NCBI GenBank assembly: GCA_977017575.1
Contig: CDRNVI010000043.1
Coordinates: forward strand, 186,001 to 250,000
Length of the DNA: 64,000 nucleotides
Reading direction: 5' to 3'
From: Paramoeba atlantica
Lineage: Eukaryota; Protista; Discosea
Shown here: one piece after another, positions 23,227 to 34,690 of the stretch
Numbering within the stretch: the first letter of the stretch is position 1
Layout: each line of letters opens with the position of its first letter
The notes under the pieces: generated by a model
Seen by the model: only the letters and a program-made list of their open reading frames with translations
What the model was told of the DNA's origin: nothing
Databases searched by the model: none
Made by a program: the position numbers and the translations under genes

Positions 23227-24412
23227 ATGCCATCGAAAATGTACCCTAAAATTGATTTTTTTGAGTTTTTTATAGTTTTTGTTTCTTCACCCTAGATTCA
23301 TATTGGGGTGCTTTTGCAACGTTTTTTCATCCATTTTTACATGCTTTTTACCAAGTTTTTACCAAGTTTATCCTCAAAGCATAACGTCCGATGTTAAAAA
23401 AGCCTATTGTTTTCGGAATTTTTTTCACTCTTGCTTCATTCATAAGAATGTAGCAAGTGGACGTGGAAGTGGCGGAATGGACGTGGAGGTGGCGGAGTGG
23501 ACGTGGAGGTGGCGGAGTGGCAAGAATTCAAAGTTTGAAGCACATGGTGCTCAGGCGGCGAGTTCAAACCCGCTCATCGCAATATTCCTCACTCTAAGAG
23601 GCTGGGCTGATAACCGACTAGGCCCAGTACTCGGAGGACCGTCCCGGACCCTCCCCTCAGGGAACCAGCTCCCTTACCCGGCTCACACCTCTTGGGTAAG
23701 CCGTGTTGACGTACAATTCGTCGACGCAGCGTGTTGGCAACAGCACGTTGGTGCCGCCTTGGACAAGCAGAAACTGGTAGAGGACGTCGGTCTCGGAACT
23801 TCCAAATCTGTCTGTGAAGGGTCTGGCTTGCCAGTGACCATCCGGAGCAATCCGGAATGATTTGGATTTTTGGATTGGATCATAAGAATGAAGTACTGGT
23901 GTTCGCAGCGATTGCCTCGCCTTCCCTCAGGGCAAGTGCACGTAGTGCTTTCCCTCTATGTAGATTGCGTATTGTCAATCAGTTTCTCATTGCACAATGT
24001 ACTTCTATTCCCCTTCAAAAGCACGATAGCGACGTTTCAAACGGATATACGGGAAGGGATATGTCAGTACATGGTGCAAGGAGAAACGTAGGGGGAAAGA
24101 CCGAGTACGTGCACTTGCCCAGAGGGAGGACAGAAGCAATCGCTGCAAACACCAGTACTTCGTTCTTATGAACGAAGTAAGAGTGAACGAAACCGATGAA
24201 ATTCGGAAAAAAGAAACTTTTTTAACGTCGGAACTTAGGTATTGACGATAGACAAGGTAAGAAAAAGTATGTAAAAATGGGTGAAAAAAAATGAGAATGT
24301 AAAAATGGATGAAAAAACGTTGCAAAGGCACCCCAATATGAACCTGGGGTGAACAAATGAAAACTATAAAAAAATCAAAAAAATCGATTTTGGGGTACAT
24401 TTTCAATGGCAT
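23227..24412. mobile_element. Foldback-type element (whole-length imperfect palindrome)
   Basis: Left arm atgccatcgaaaatgtaccc... mirrors right arm ...ggggtacattttcaatggcat; symmetry continues inward to ~24030. Confidence 0.8.
23440..23890. mobile_element. 429-bp SINE/retroposon-like insertion with 11-bp target-site duplication
   Basis: tcataagaatg at 23440-23450 and 23880-23890; the opposite foldback arm shows the empty site. Confidence 0.7.
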
Positions 24413-24757
24413 TAATCCGTATTTTCTTTAATGACAGAAACTTAGAAGACTAGGATCAAAGATTTTTTAGAAGAGAAGATAGAAATATTCCGAGAACACT
24501 TGCGACGACTCTATAGGCGGTTAATGTTTCGTAGCGGAAAATGGAATGACCAATACCCGTACATTCTTAAGGATTGTCGGTTTCACGATCAGTAAAAACT
24601 TTGATGAGCATTGAAGTTAGTAATGTAGTGTAAGAAGGTTTAGCATCCCAAGAAGTGTTGCGTCCAGTATTAATAGTAGTAACTACATTGTAGCTTTTTG
24701 CATTTCAACGCAGCGTGATCCATGTTCTACTCGCAACGCCCACCAAAGCTACCCCCA

Positions 24758-25588
24758 TCAGGTCTGATTATGACTGACTTTTGTACCCGCTTGAACTGCA
24801 TCAGTAACTGTTACCTGTCCATCGCATTCCTCAAAAGTCGCAAATTTAAACATACCACGAGAAAAGACTTTCTCCGTTGTGTAAACATAGTTTACCGGTA
24901 TAGTAAGCTCAGGATAGAACTCTTTCTCATTTTCCTCATCATTAATTCTCAACAAATCACAAGGCATCCGAACTGCAAGAAAATTCTGATGCGTCTCAGA
25001 AAGCTCTGAAGCTGGAATATTTATCTCTTTACCGTGGTGTATAGAATCTGGAGGAAATACAAAGCAAGCGTTGTCATCATCGTCATAGCCACTAAAATAG
25101 ACTTTGAGTCGTTCGGAATTAGCTTCCGGAAGATCTTGAGTAGGATTAAGTGTGAGCTCTTTTCCTCTTCCAACGGATCCTTTACTCAGACACGAAAGTC
25201 GAACATGCATTGATGCTACATTTTTTCCCTTTTGCGATCTACTCGACTTAAGGATACGCCAATGTTTATTTTCATAACGGACAAGCATACCCGGCTTAAC
25301 CCTTTCGGCGGTAACAAAACGTCGTTGTTCATGTAACCACCCATGCGAGGAATGTTTTGCTGTGCAACGCAGACTAAAGCTTGTGCTGCAAAAACTTCGC
25401 ATGATCTCCTTACACTGCATGAGAATATTAACTATCTCGCAAAAATAACATAGTATCTGATGATAAACTAAAAAATATGTTAAGTAAAAGTGTATCTGAA
25501 CCGTGTTCCGTATTATTTTGCCCCCCCCCCCGTCACAATAGCTAGCTAGGCACAATACGTGACTATAGGCACAATGACTAGCTATCAT
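24758..25588 (-). CDS. efp: Elongation factor P homologue, probably mitochondrial; likely start 25420 or 25402
   Basis: VTAERVKPGMLVRYENKHWRILKSSRSQKGKNVAS (EF-P N-terminal KOW domain), then an OB-fold; presequence-like MRSFCSTSFSLRC. Confidence 0.75.
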   Translation of the reverse strand: MIASHCAYSHVLCLASYCDGGGGKIIRNTVQIHFYLTYFLVYHQILCYFCEIVNILMQCKEIMRSFCSTSFSLRCTAKHSSHGWLHEQRRFVTAERVKPGMLVRYENKHWRILKSSRSQKGKNVASMHVRLSCLSKGSVGRGKELTLNPTQDLPEANSERLKVYFSGYDDDDNACFVFPPDSIHHGKEINIPASELSETHQNFLAVRMPCDLLRINDEENEKEFYPELTIPVNYVYTTEKVFSRGMFKFATFEECDGQVTVTDAVQAGTKVSHNQT

Positions 25589-26042
25589 AAATAAGGTAAA
25601 AAAAAAATTGGCGCCGCTTCGCGACGCCTTTTTTGACTATCATGGACGAAAAGTCTTCTGAAATGTGAAAGCTAAGCGGTTAAACTGAACCATATTCCGT
25701 ACTTTCTCTGTTTCTCCAAAAAAAATCACCCTTCAACTTTGAGATTTTCTCTTGCATATGACTCCTTACGAATGGACGCAAGTACAATGCTCCTCCAAAT
25801 TTAGCAACACAATACATCGCTCCCATTTCACTTCAAGATTCCTGAGCATTTCTCTGCGAAAGCTTAGGTTCTGTACGCTGTTCGACCACTGCTCAACCAT
25901 AGAATTAGCAGATTCCTGTGTTGGTGTCAGTGCCTTGATTTGTGGCCTGCTAACGTTTGTGGTTCACACTCTCGCATTTGTGCTTCCTTGAGGCGAAAAG
26001 TTAAGCCGCGCTCCATGTCCACATCTTGGTACGATTTCCAAT

Positions 26043-26170
26043 TACCGTAGACCCCCCCAGTAATAGACCCCCCAGTAACAAGGATTTGGCCCTTTTTCGG
26101 CTGACCCCCAGTAACAAGGATTTGGCCATTTTGCCCCAAAATCGATTCTATTACTGGGGGGTCTACGGTA
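26043..26170. mobile_element. 128-bp MITE, TA-CCGTAGACC family
   Basis: TA-ccgtagacccccccagtaatag ... ctattactggggggtctacgg-TA. Confidence 0.85.
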
Positions 26171-26919
26171 CATAATGTTGGGAATGGGCATATCGGCCTT
26201 ACGATATTCCACGGGCTCCATGAGGATAACAGACCACGTTCTACCCACTAACTCCAAGTGACGCGGAAGTGCATGAAGACTTTTACAACAAACTGCTTTT
26301 CGTGCTACTACGCAATGGTCTTTAAGCCACTTTGAGCACTTTGATTCACTCCACGAAGATATTCTTCTAATCGTCAGGGTGCACCTACAAGAGAACCCAC
26401 CATCTCCCGAGCAGGACATTAAATAGGTCACACTCCTGTTAAAGTATGCGACAAGTAACTCAGAAAAAGCTAAATTAGCAAGACATTTACTTCAATATTT
26501 TATGTTTGCGTGAAACCAATACTCAACAAAGACAGATCTTTTGAGATAAATAATATTTCTACTGAAATGAGCAAAAGAGCGGAATTTGGTTCAGTTTCAC
26601 CAGCTAAGCTACTCCGATGATTCTTTTCTTTTAAATAGTGCTACGACTACCGGAATATCGTATGTGCCTTGGCTGCAGCAGTGACGAAAGTGTTTTGAGA
26701 TCCCTTGATTTTTTGGGGGGGCATAATAATAGCTGTCGTTCCCACATATTGTGCCCCCCCCCCCCGGCACAATAACTAGCTAGAGGAACATTAATCCGGA
26801 ACAGGGTTTATGCAGATTTAACTAAACTACGCACCTAGCACAGAGTTGCACATGCAGTCAAACCCACTAAATGTACTTGCACTACACTTGTAGCAAAAGG
26901 ATGGATGAAAAAAACTTCC

Positions 26920-28767
26920 TCAACTACTACAATTTTTGAAAGAATTTACGCAATGTTTAACTTTGGCCATGATATTTTGAGCTGCTGACACTGTTGAAGC
27001 CTCGACGTATATCCGAACGACAGGTTCAGTTCCGCTGGGTCTGACAAATGCGCGGGCATATGGGATCGTGCAAATATTCTTGCCCCCTTCCGAAATGCAT
27101 GTTCGCTCCGTTTCTATAGTTATTGCTCTATCAATACTTTCTTGCAGAGCGGAAGGATCCAAAACTTTTTTCTGATCCCAGGAAGTACGTATCGACACAG
27201 GACTCGTCAGAACTATATAACTTTGCAGACTAGGGTAGTCTCTATAAAGGGCCATCCAGCAATCAATATTTCCTCTGCACACAACATCCAACGCTATAGT
27301 GACAGCCAGTAAATTTGCTATTGCATCCCCGCATGCAGGATTTAGTAACTGAGTGAAGTAAAGTAAACACTCAGAGGCGAAAATAGCATCTGACGAATTG
27401 CTCGTGGCGATGAGATGACGTAACGTTGTTTTCACGCTATCCGACACATGTATAGTCCCATGTCCATTAGATTCAAAATACATTCCTACATCGCTTTCAT
27501 TCATTGCCTTCAGACAATGCTTTACTCCTGTTGGCACACATTTCACGTCACAAGACAGGCCTGAGCGAAGATACGCTGTAGATGCCCCATTCGCGTATGC
27601 CGTTTGAACAACTGAAACGCGATGAGGTATTTCACTGTCCACACGACGTATTTCGTTGAGCAGAGTGGTAACGTACAAAGCAAACAACGATAAAATCCGA
27701 TCTCCGTCCATAATTTTATTCCGATCAAGACATGAATCTGATGTATTTTCTGGTGCACACAGTAAGATCAGCCTATCTGCGTCTCCGTCCATTGACGCGT
27801 AAATCGGTACCATACTTTGGGAATCGCTCTGAGAATACACTGCCGAGATCATTTCGCTTGGAAAAGCACAATGTTTTTGGACGAAATCTGCCCCACAATC
27901 AACGTTCAGTGTATGAGGCATTGTGTACTCCGTATTGTACAGATTCAGAGTAATATGAGATGGCAATAACCTAGCTATCTGACGCATTCGATAGGCACCG
28001 ACGCCGTTCGCGCAGTCCACATGTATTGTATAGCTGCGACCGCTATGCCTGGAACTGTGAAGTTGGTGAAGGTTGCGAAAAGCCTTACTAATCCATTCTT
28101 CGTATTTTAGAGGAGAAGAAATAGCATGTAGTATATCCTTTTCCTGAGTACCTTTTTTTTCATAGTTTCTTAGGCCCTCATAATAGGAATATACATAGTA
28201 GTGCAGTTCCGGAGTCGTTGTCATACCACAATCTATGACACCAACACCTATACAATTTAGGACAGCTTTAGATGCCACAAACATATCCATTCCCATCGGA
28301 CGTGAATCTTGACCGCAGTAGATTTGAATTTTTGAAAACACGCCTCGATACAATTTATGGTGGACGGCTAAATCAGCAAGTTTTCGAAGCACTCCTGAAA
28401 TGTCTGGAGCAAGCGCTATTATTTCTGCGCACTTTTCCCAAGATGCGGGAAGCATACCACCGGACACATCAATGAGCTTGACGCCATTATCTAATGGTGG
28501 GTTGTGACTTGCAGTAAAACAGATCCCTGCGCGGAGTTCCGAGAAATTTTCTTGGTGCCCGACTTCTGTGAGATAGGCGGCCGCTCGAAATGCTATCAGC
28601 ACTGCCATTCGAGCAGCAATGTATATTAGCTGTCGTCCAGGTCCGCGAAACCCACAGGTCCCATAGGTAAGTTTGTGTGATGATCCATCGGACTGGTTTG
28701 AAATGGACTGTTCTTGAAATATGTAGTGCAATTGGTCCCAGTTAAGTAAATCAGCTGCGCTTTCCAT
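26920..28767 (-). CDS. PGM3: Phosphoacetylglucosamine mutase
   Basis: YGTCGFR, TASHNP (catalytic Ser), DGDADR, FESNGHG, RPSGTEPVVRIYVEA. Confidence 0.95.
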   Translation of the reverse strand: MESAADLLNWDQLHYIFQEQSISNQSDGSSHKLTYGTCGFRGPGRQLIYIAARMAVLIAFRAAAYLTEVGHQENFSELRAGICFTASHNPPLDNGVKLIDVSGGMLPASWEKCAEIIALAPDISGVLRKLADLAVHHKLYRGVFSKIQIYCGQDSRPMGMDMFVASKAVLNCIGVGVIDCGMTTTPELHYYVYSYYEGLRNYEKKGTQEKDILHAISSPLKYEEWISKAFRNLHQLHSSRHSGRSYTIHVDCANGVGAYRMRQIARLLPSHITLNLYNTEYTMPHTLNVDCGADFVQKHCAFPSEMISAVYSQSDSQSMVPIYASMDGDADRLILLCAPENTSDSCLDRNKIMDGDRILSLFALYVTTLLNEIRRVDSEIPHRVSVVQTAYANGASTAYLRSGLSCDVKCVPTGVKHCLKAMNESDVGMYFESNGHGTIHVSDSVKTTLRHLIATSNSSDAIFASECLLYFTQLLNPACGDAIANLLAVTIALDVVCRGNIDCWMALYRDYPSLQSYIVLTSPVSIRTSWDQKKVLDPSALQESIDRAITIETERTCISEGGKNICTIPYARAFVRPSGTEPVVRIYVEASTVSAAQNIMAKVKHCVNSFKNCSS

Positions 28768-28859
28768 ATAAGAAATGTCTATATCATGTAAGAAGGGTGA
28801 AAAATGGAGAAATTCGTGCTAAGAGACCATTAAATTAAATTTCTAGATACCTACCTAAG

Positions 28860-29065
28860 TACCGTTAGTACTGCCTGACTTTGTACGACGAAAACAGGGA
28901 AAAATCAGGTTTTTCTGCAAAGTCAGGGGGTGTGCGAAGTCATGAAGGTCGGTTGAAGGGGTGAACCGTGACTTCGCACACCCACCCCCACACATCAGGA
29001 AATTTTCAAAAACAGAAAAATGTGCAAAGTCAAGGGGGATGCAAAGTCAGGGGGTACTAACGGTA
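28860..29065. mobile_element. MITE, TA-CCGTTAGTAC family
   Basis: TA-ccgttagtactgcctgactttg ... caaagtcagggggtactaacgg-TA. Confidence 0.8.
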
Positions 29066-29161
29066 GATTAAAATGGTATGATCGAAATACGAACTTCAAT
29101 GCGTAATAAAAATTTCTTTATTATCAATGCCCTGATTAAATCAGGTGTAAAAAAACTCAAG

Positions 29162-29944
29162 TCAAAAGGCTGTATACCGAAGAAATGGTAGACCTATAAT
29201 ATACCACCAAAAAGAAATGTAAGAGAGGGCTGGGGTTATAAAAAAAGACAAAATGATAATAGAAACCCATTGATGTAATATGTAAGCGATAGATATGGAG
29301 TAAGTTTCAATAAAAGAATAACCGATAAGTACTGGAGAGAATATGATCGTTATGGAAAAACTAAAGAAAACTACCCAAATGCCCGAAACAACACCTGTAA
29401 TAACCCCTTCCGATCGTGTACACAAACCAACCACATTGGAAGCTATCTCTTTGCACTTGTTTATGGGTCTCTTAACCCATTCATCTGCTAATTCATAGAA
29501 AATAAAACTAAAATTGGCCCCTCGTGCTCTTTCTATATTCAAAGAATGCTGCGCTTTACGCTGTTCGTCATGCGCAGCGTTTAGAAGATCTTGAGCCTTG
29601 TCATATTCTACATGTAGAATTGATATTTCTGCACATGTGCAATTGGAACCACGATCTCGTATAGCTTCCTCAATTTCAGTGCAGCGCCGAAGTGCATGCT
29701 GTACGCGTCCCGTAGATTTCCTATAGCTTTTTACGGTATTTTTGAAACATTCAGGAACTCGAATTGTACGCTGTACTTGAAGCACCACGAATACATATAC
29801 TGAGCTCCAAAAAACGCCTTGAAGAATGAGTTTAATGTTCGATGTAACTCCATTAACGTGCTTAGCGCTTTGTTGACACTTCATAGCTATTGTGAAATAG
29901 TGCTGTGATAAGCTCTTCAAACACAGGAATTTACGAACGAGCAC
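29162..29944 (-). CDS. Hypothetical membrane protein (coiled coil plus C-terminal TM segments)
   Basis: 260-aa ORF with presequence-like N-terminus and hydrophobic C-terminus. Confidence 0.6.
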   Translation of the reverse strand: MLVRKFLCLKSLSQHYFTIAMKCQQSAKHVNGVTSNIKLILQGVFWSSVYVFVVLQVQRTIRVPECFKNTVKSYRKSTGRVQHALRRCTEIEEAIRDRGSNCTCAEISILHVEYDKAQDLLNAAHDEQRKAQHSLNIERARGANFSFIFYELADEWVKRPINKCKEIASNVVGLCTRSEGVITGVVSGIWVVFFSFSITIIFSPVLIGYSFIETYSISIAYILHQWVSIIILSFFITPALSYISFWWYIIGLPFLRYTAF

Positions 29945-30376
29945 GCCCTTAAAACGTACCTAATGAATCGGCACGGTTCCTACCATAGCGACAAAATAGG
30001 TATTGGTGTTGCATAATAGTTGAAGTATAATTAAGTTGTTTTTATTAAAATTTAGATTTCTTAAATGATGCACAGCAACATTAACGTTAGAATAGCTTCT
30101 GATGTAATAAAAAAGTCAAACAGGTTTCTGAAACTTGTTTGACTTTTACCTGAAACTTTCAGGTAAACTTGGAACCCCCTCAGAATATCATTTTGATGTA
30201 CGCGTGACGCAAAATCATGTATAATCTGTTCAATCATTGGTTGTAGGCCTTTTAATCTGGGTCTCTGCATAAAACTACAATAGCGTTCCCCACGGTAGCT
30301 TAGTAGAATTACAGTTATAAAATCAGTAAATTATAATGTAATAAAAGATAAAGCCTACGGCAGATGGATTGTCATT

Positions 30377-31738
30377 TTATTTTCCCCTTTTCTTTACTCC
30401 ACCGCGACCCGTTCCCCGAGTTTCAAATTTGACGTCAGGGTCGAGTCCCTGGAGCTCTGTCACAACACCTGCCCCAATGGTTTTATTCCCCTCTCGAATA
30501 GCAAACTTATCCCCAACGTTGAGCCCAAGCGGAAAAGACATGGCGATATTGAGTACACGATTCTCCCCGGGAGCACACATTACTTTGCGCTCCTTATCCT
30601 CCTCCCCTTTTAGCTCGGGAAAAGTGATATCTCCAGTGACATCGGCGGTGCGAAAGAAAAACTGAGGGCGGTAATGCGAGAAGAACGCCGTATGCCGACC
30701 TCCTTCCTCCTTGTTGAGAATATAAACCTGGGCCGCAAACTTGTTCTGAAGCTGCACACTCCCTGGTGCACAAAGTTGCATGCCGCGCTCCACAAACCCA
30801 GGGCGGAGCTCATCCCCCACACCACGCAGACTAATCCCTACGCTATCCCCTGGCTGGCCTTGCTCCAGCAGCTGGTGGTACATCTCAATTCCCATGACTT
30901 TCACCTTCGTCTCGCTGTGATGGTAGCCGACAAGATTGACCACTTGCCCGGGTTTCAGCACGCCACTCTCAATACGCCCCGTGCAAATCACCGAGCGGTC
31001 CCCTTTCGCCTTGTCCTTCCCTGCAGCATTGATGACATGCTCGATAGACATACGGAAAGGTAAATCTTTGTTGTCCGGGGGCTCAGGAATGACCTCATCG
31101 CACTTTTGAACTAATTCTTCAATACTTTTCACATATTTTTCCTCCCCCGCGAGGGCTTTCGCGGCACTACCCTTCACCACAGGAATCTTGTCGGGGTCGA
31201 ATTTATATTTTTTAAACAAGTCCTGCATCTCCATTTCGACGAGCTCCACAATATCCGCATTGTCCTCCACCATATCACATTTGTTAATGTAACACACAAG
31301 CTGCGGTATCCCGATTTGAGACGCGAGAAGCAAATGTTCCTTGGTCTGTGGCATAGGTCCGTCGTTGGCTGCGACGACGATAATGGCCCCATCCATCTGC
31401 GCCGCGCCCGTGATCATATTCTTCACAAAATCCATGTGACCAGGACAGTCAATATGTCCGTAGTGACGCTTATCGGACTCGTACTGCACGTGAGTCGCGT
31501 TGATGGTAATCCCACGCGCCCGTTCCTCGGGACTGCTGTCGATGGAGGAGTAGTCTCGTGCCTTTGCAGTTCCCTTACGGGACAGAACGTGTGTGATAGC
31601 TGCCGTGAGGGTGGTCTTGCCGTGATCGACGTGACCAATGGTCCCGATGGTCAAGTGAGGCTTCGTCCTTTTAAAAGTTGCCTTGACAGCGGCCTTTCCG
31701 GCCACTTGCAAAAGGAAAATGGTCCTACCGAATAACAT
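30377..31738 (-). CDS. TUFM: Mitochondrial elongation factor Tu
   Basis: [52 protein letters not shown]; N-terminal presequence. Confidence 0.97.
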   Translation of the reverse strand: MLFGRTIFLLQVAGKAAVKATFKRTKPHLTIGTIGHVDHGKTTLTAAITHVLSRKGTAKARDYSSIDSSPEERARGITINATHVQYESDKRHYGHIDCPGHMDFVKNMITGAAQMDGAIIVVAANDGPMPQTKEHLLLASQIGIPQLVCYINKCDMVEDNADIVELVEMEMQDLFKKYKFDPDKIPVVKGSAAKALAGEEKYVKSIEELVQKCDEVIPEPPDNKDLPFRMSIEHVINAAGKDKAKGDRSVICTGRIESGVLKPGQVVNLVGYHHSETKVKVMGIEMYHQLLEQGQPGDSVGISLRGVGDELRPGFVERGMQLCAPGSVQLQNKFAAQVYILNKEEGGRHTAFFSHYRPQFFFRTADVTGDITFPELKGEEDKERKVMCAPGENRVLNIAMSFPLGLNVGDKFAIREGNKTIGAGVVTELQGLDPDVKFETRGTGRGGVKKRGK

Positions 31739-32026
31739 AAAAAAGCTGTGAAAGAGTTACAAAATTGCAGCGCTAAATTTGTGATGCATTGGTAAGTTTT
31801 CTTTTTGGTAAACTGACCTGAGTCGAGCGAGCAAAACATTTCGCGCAACAAGGTTTAACGAGAGTGTATTTCTTGAGAGAAAAAACGTTCCTAGATGCAA
31901 GCTCATAATAACAATGACATAAATACGATAAAATACATGACTATTAAAATGTAACGTGCTGCTTACATGCGGTCCCACAGTTTCTTGCACTACACAAATT
32001 GTACACTGTTCGTTGCGAGTTAAAGG

Positions 32027-33742
32027 TCATATTCCATATTTTGTCTCTAGAATTTCCTGAATCATGTTGCTTTCTGATACGAGAGCTCGTGTCCGTCCTC
32101 CAAACTCGTAAAGACGAGACAATACTTGTTGTTTTACGCTCAACTGGTGACCTGAAAGCAAAGTAGAAGAAGTTGCCATAAACAATCCAATTTTTGTCAT
32201 AGCTCCTGAATTGGAACTTTGAGGCCACAAAACGTCCAAATTCCTTACTATGAAGGCTTCTGCGATAGGTTCGGTGATCAAGTTTTCATGAAAAAGCACA
32301 AGAAGGATTTCACAGACTAGTTCAGATATGCTGGTGCTTACTAAACAAAGTAAAAAATTGAAGTAGTACTTCGTCTTGCTCAGAATTCTATACAGCCCTA
32401 AGGCTAATGTTGAGTTACCATTTTCTAGAACTGTGCAAAGATTAATAGGAGAGATACCACAGCAATATATTGCTTCTGGATCATTCTTCATAAAGCGAAG
32501 CGCAATTTGTTGAAGTTCCGTAGATATAGTGCTAGATTTGGCTTCGGATAAAATTTTTGAACAGGACCATCTGTCAGAAATGATCCCAGACTTTTTTATA
32601 TCAACGTCACTGGACAACAAAGTAGGGTTAAATGTGAACGGAAGGATCAAGTGTTCTATGAGTTGTAGCGAGGTCGTACGTTCACCAAAGGATGCGAAGC
32701 TAATTGCTGACGTTCCACTACTGTTCGTAATCGGAAAAGGTGGTGGTCCAAACAAATCTAATAACTCTATGGGATTAATTCTTTGAAGAGCCAAATTAGT
32801 GTCAAGAAGAAATCTGTACAACGCTGGCCGAGAATAAATTTTCAATTGATTATGAATTGGAAATGACGAGCTGTTTGGCAGCTGAGTCATAGAGGAAATA
32901 TCGAAAATTTGTTTTTTCAGTGGTGAGATGCAAGCCTGATTATTAGTGTCATCCGAAGTTTTAGAATTTACATTTAGAGCATCATGCAAAGATTTCATCG
33001 AAAATTTATGTTCTTGTGAAGTCGTTTGCGTAGCACGCTCGGATGTAGCATACAGATGAAGAGACCCATCGATGATTCGAGAAAGAGAATGAATCTTTGC
33101 AAGTTTTTCTATCTCATTCTCATGCATGAGTGTACATTCTTGAATTTCTTTAAAATGTATTTTTAAAGCATTCGCAGATAATGTCAGGAATATATCCGGA
33201 GACAGCTCCATTACTTTCTCCGGAATCTTCCTTCCGAAACACCAAAGAAGCTTTAAGCACTGGAACGGGTAGTGAGACTGTTGTTCCAAAGGAAGGGGTG
33301 CTAAGGGACGTACCACAGTTTTCTTAATGTAATATTCTAGACGAATCAGCTCGGACACACGAACAACTTCCTCTTCATCTGTCACAGAAAGTATAATGGC
33401 TGCATTGGCGCGCTCAACCGGCAGCTGAAAAATCGTATACAAATGTGACGGCTCGGTGTCAGCAACCTGAAACTGTGTGGTGACGACGGGGGAGCTAGGC
33501 TGTTTGTCTTCCTTGGCATCTGCACAAGAACCACATTTTATTTTAAACGTCATATTTTCCTGATCTTCTGGATCGGATAACGAAACCACATCAAGGAGAG
33601 CACATAGCACAACTGTAACAGCAGAATATTTCGACGGAGAAAAGTCGGAAACAAATTGAGTGCGGATATCCAAAAAGCTTTTATTACGACTACAGAGTAG
33701 TTCAGAAAGGCGATGAAGTTCTTCTCGTGAAAGAAAGCGCAT
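32027..33742 (-). CDS. CNOT11: CCR4-NOT subunit 11-like
   Basis: C-terminal CGISPINLCTVLENGNSTLALGLY...LVSTSISELVCEIL resembles the DUF2363 domain. Confidence 0.6.
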   Translation of the reverse strand: MRFLSREELHRLSELLCSRNKSFLDIRTQFVSDFSPSKYSAVTVVLCALLDVVSLSDPEDQENMTFKIKCGSCADAKEDKQPSSPVVTTQFQVADTEPSHLYTIFQLPVERANAAIILSVTDEEEVVRVSELIRLEYYIKKTVVRPLAPLPLEQQSHYPFQCLKLLWCFGRKIPEKVMELSPDIFLTLSANALKIHFKEIQECTLMHENEIEKLAKIHSLSRIIDGSLHLYATSERATQTTSQEHKFSMKSLHDALNVNSKTSDDTNNQACISPLKKQIFDISSMTQLPNSSSFPIHNQLKIYSRPALYRFLLDTNLALQRINPIELLDLFGPPPFPITNSSGTSAISFASFGERTTSLQLIEHLILPFTFNPTLLSSDVDIKKSGIISDRWSCSKILSEAKSSTISTELQQIALRFMKNDPEAIYCCGISPINLCTVLENGNSTLALGLYRILSKTKYYFNFLLCLVSTSISELVCEILLVLFHENLITEPIAEAFIVRNLDVLWPQSSNSGAMTKIGLFMATSSTLLSGHQLSVKQQVLSRLYEFGGRTRALVSESNMIQEILETKYGI

Positions 33743-34060
33743 TGTAACTGAAGGAAAGCTGCTAGAATCACGGTAGTAGTTATTGCAAGGGTATATTGTA
33801 CTACGCGTGTATGTTTAGATAATCGCTTTTGTGTTAATAATCTTCATAAAAAAAACGTTAACTCTATTAATAAAATAGAATGCATAAGTTAAGAAGTAAT
33901 AGGATTAGCAGCGACACACTTTTACTCTAGAAATGTAGACAGCGAAAGCTATTCTATGGTCAAACCTACAAACGTATGCAGTGCACATCAAAAATCATTT
34001 CCTACTTGAATCTCAAAGAAGAAACCAACACTCATCTACCTCGAATTGCCTGCTGTGCGC

Positions 34061-34468
34061 TCAATTTGATTTTCCTATTGAAGTTTTAGTAATCTTATTG
34101 ATTCGTGAGGTGTTGTAGGCCAATATTATGAGCGCCGTTCCAAGGAGAATGTGAGCACTGTTAATTTCCCCCGGATTCATAATAGAGCTAACCAGAACCA
34201 AGGCAGGCTCCAGCGGATGCAATATCGGATTCGACTGGATAACGTGCAGAAGAAAAGGTGTCACGGATTGTATACTCAATGCTCCTCCCACAAGTAAACA
34301 GTACGATATTGGCATAGCGAGCACGACGTTCAATGTCGGACGTGAGATTAAGCGTATAATGCCGTACAGAATTAGAAGACCTCCAATACCCACAAATATT
34401 GGTTCCAACGCAGCAGGTGATAAAGCATCCACGATATTCATATTAAAAGTAATTGCCCAAGAAGCCAA
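34061..34468 (-). CDS. Small multi-pass membrane protein
   Basis: 135 aa with three hydrophobic segments. Confidence 0.55.
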   Translation of the reverse strand: MASWAITFNMNIVDALSPAALEPIFVGIGGLLILYGIIRLISRPTLNVVLAMPISYCLLVGGALSIQSVTPFLLHVIQSNPILHPLEPALVLVSSIMNPGEINSAHILLGTALIILAYNTSRINKITKTSIGKSN

Positions 34469-34690
34469 ACAAAGTAAAAGAGAATTTAAAATATTAGATT
34501 ACCATCGTTAGGACGTGTTTAAACTACTTACTGGGATTGATGAAAGCAATAAATAATAACACTGAGTACATTATCACTAATTCAACTGAAGAAAAATCAC
34601 AGAAGATAAAAGAACATGACGCGCGGTTCTAGATCACCCATTACCCGATAAGCGTTGCGGTACGTTTCTGGGCTAAATCTCTTATTCTTC

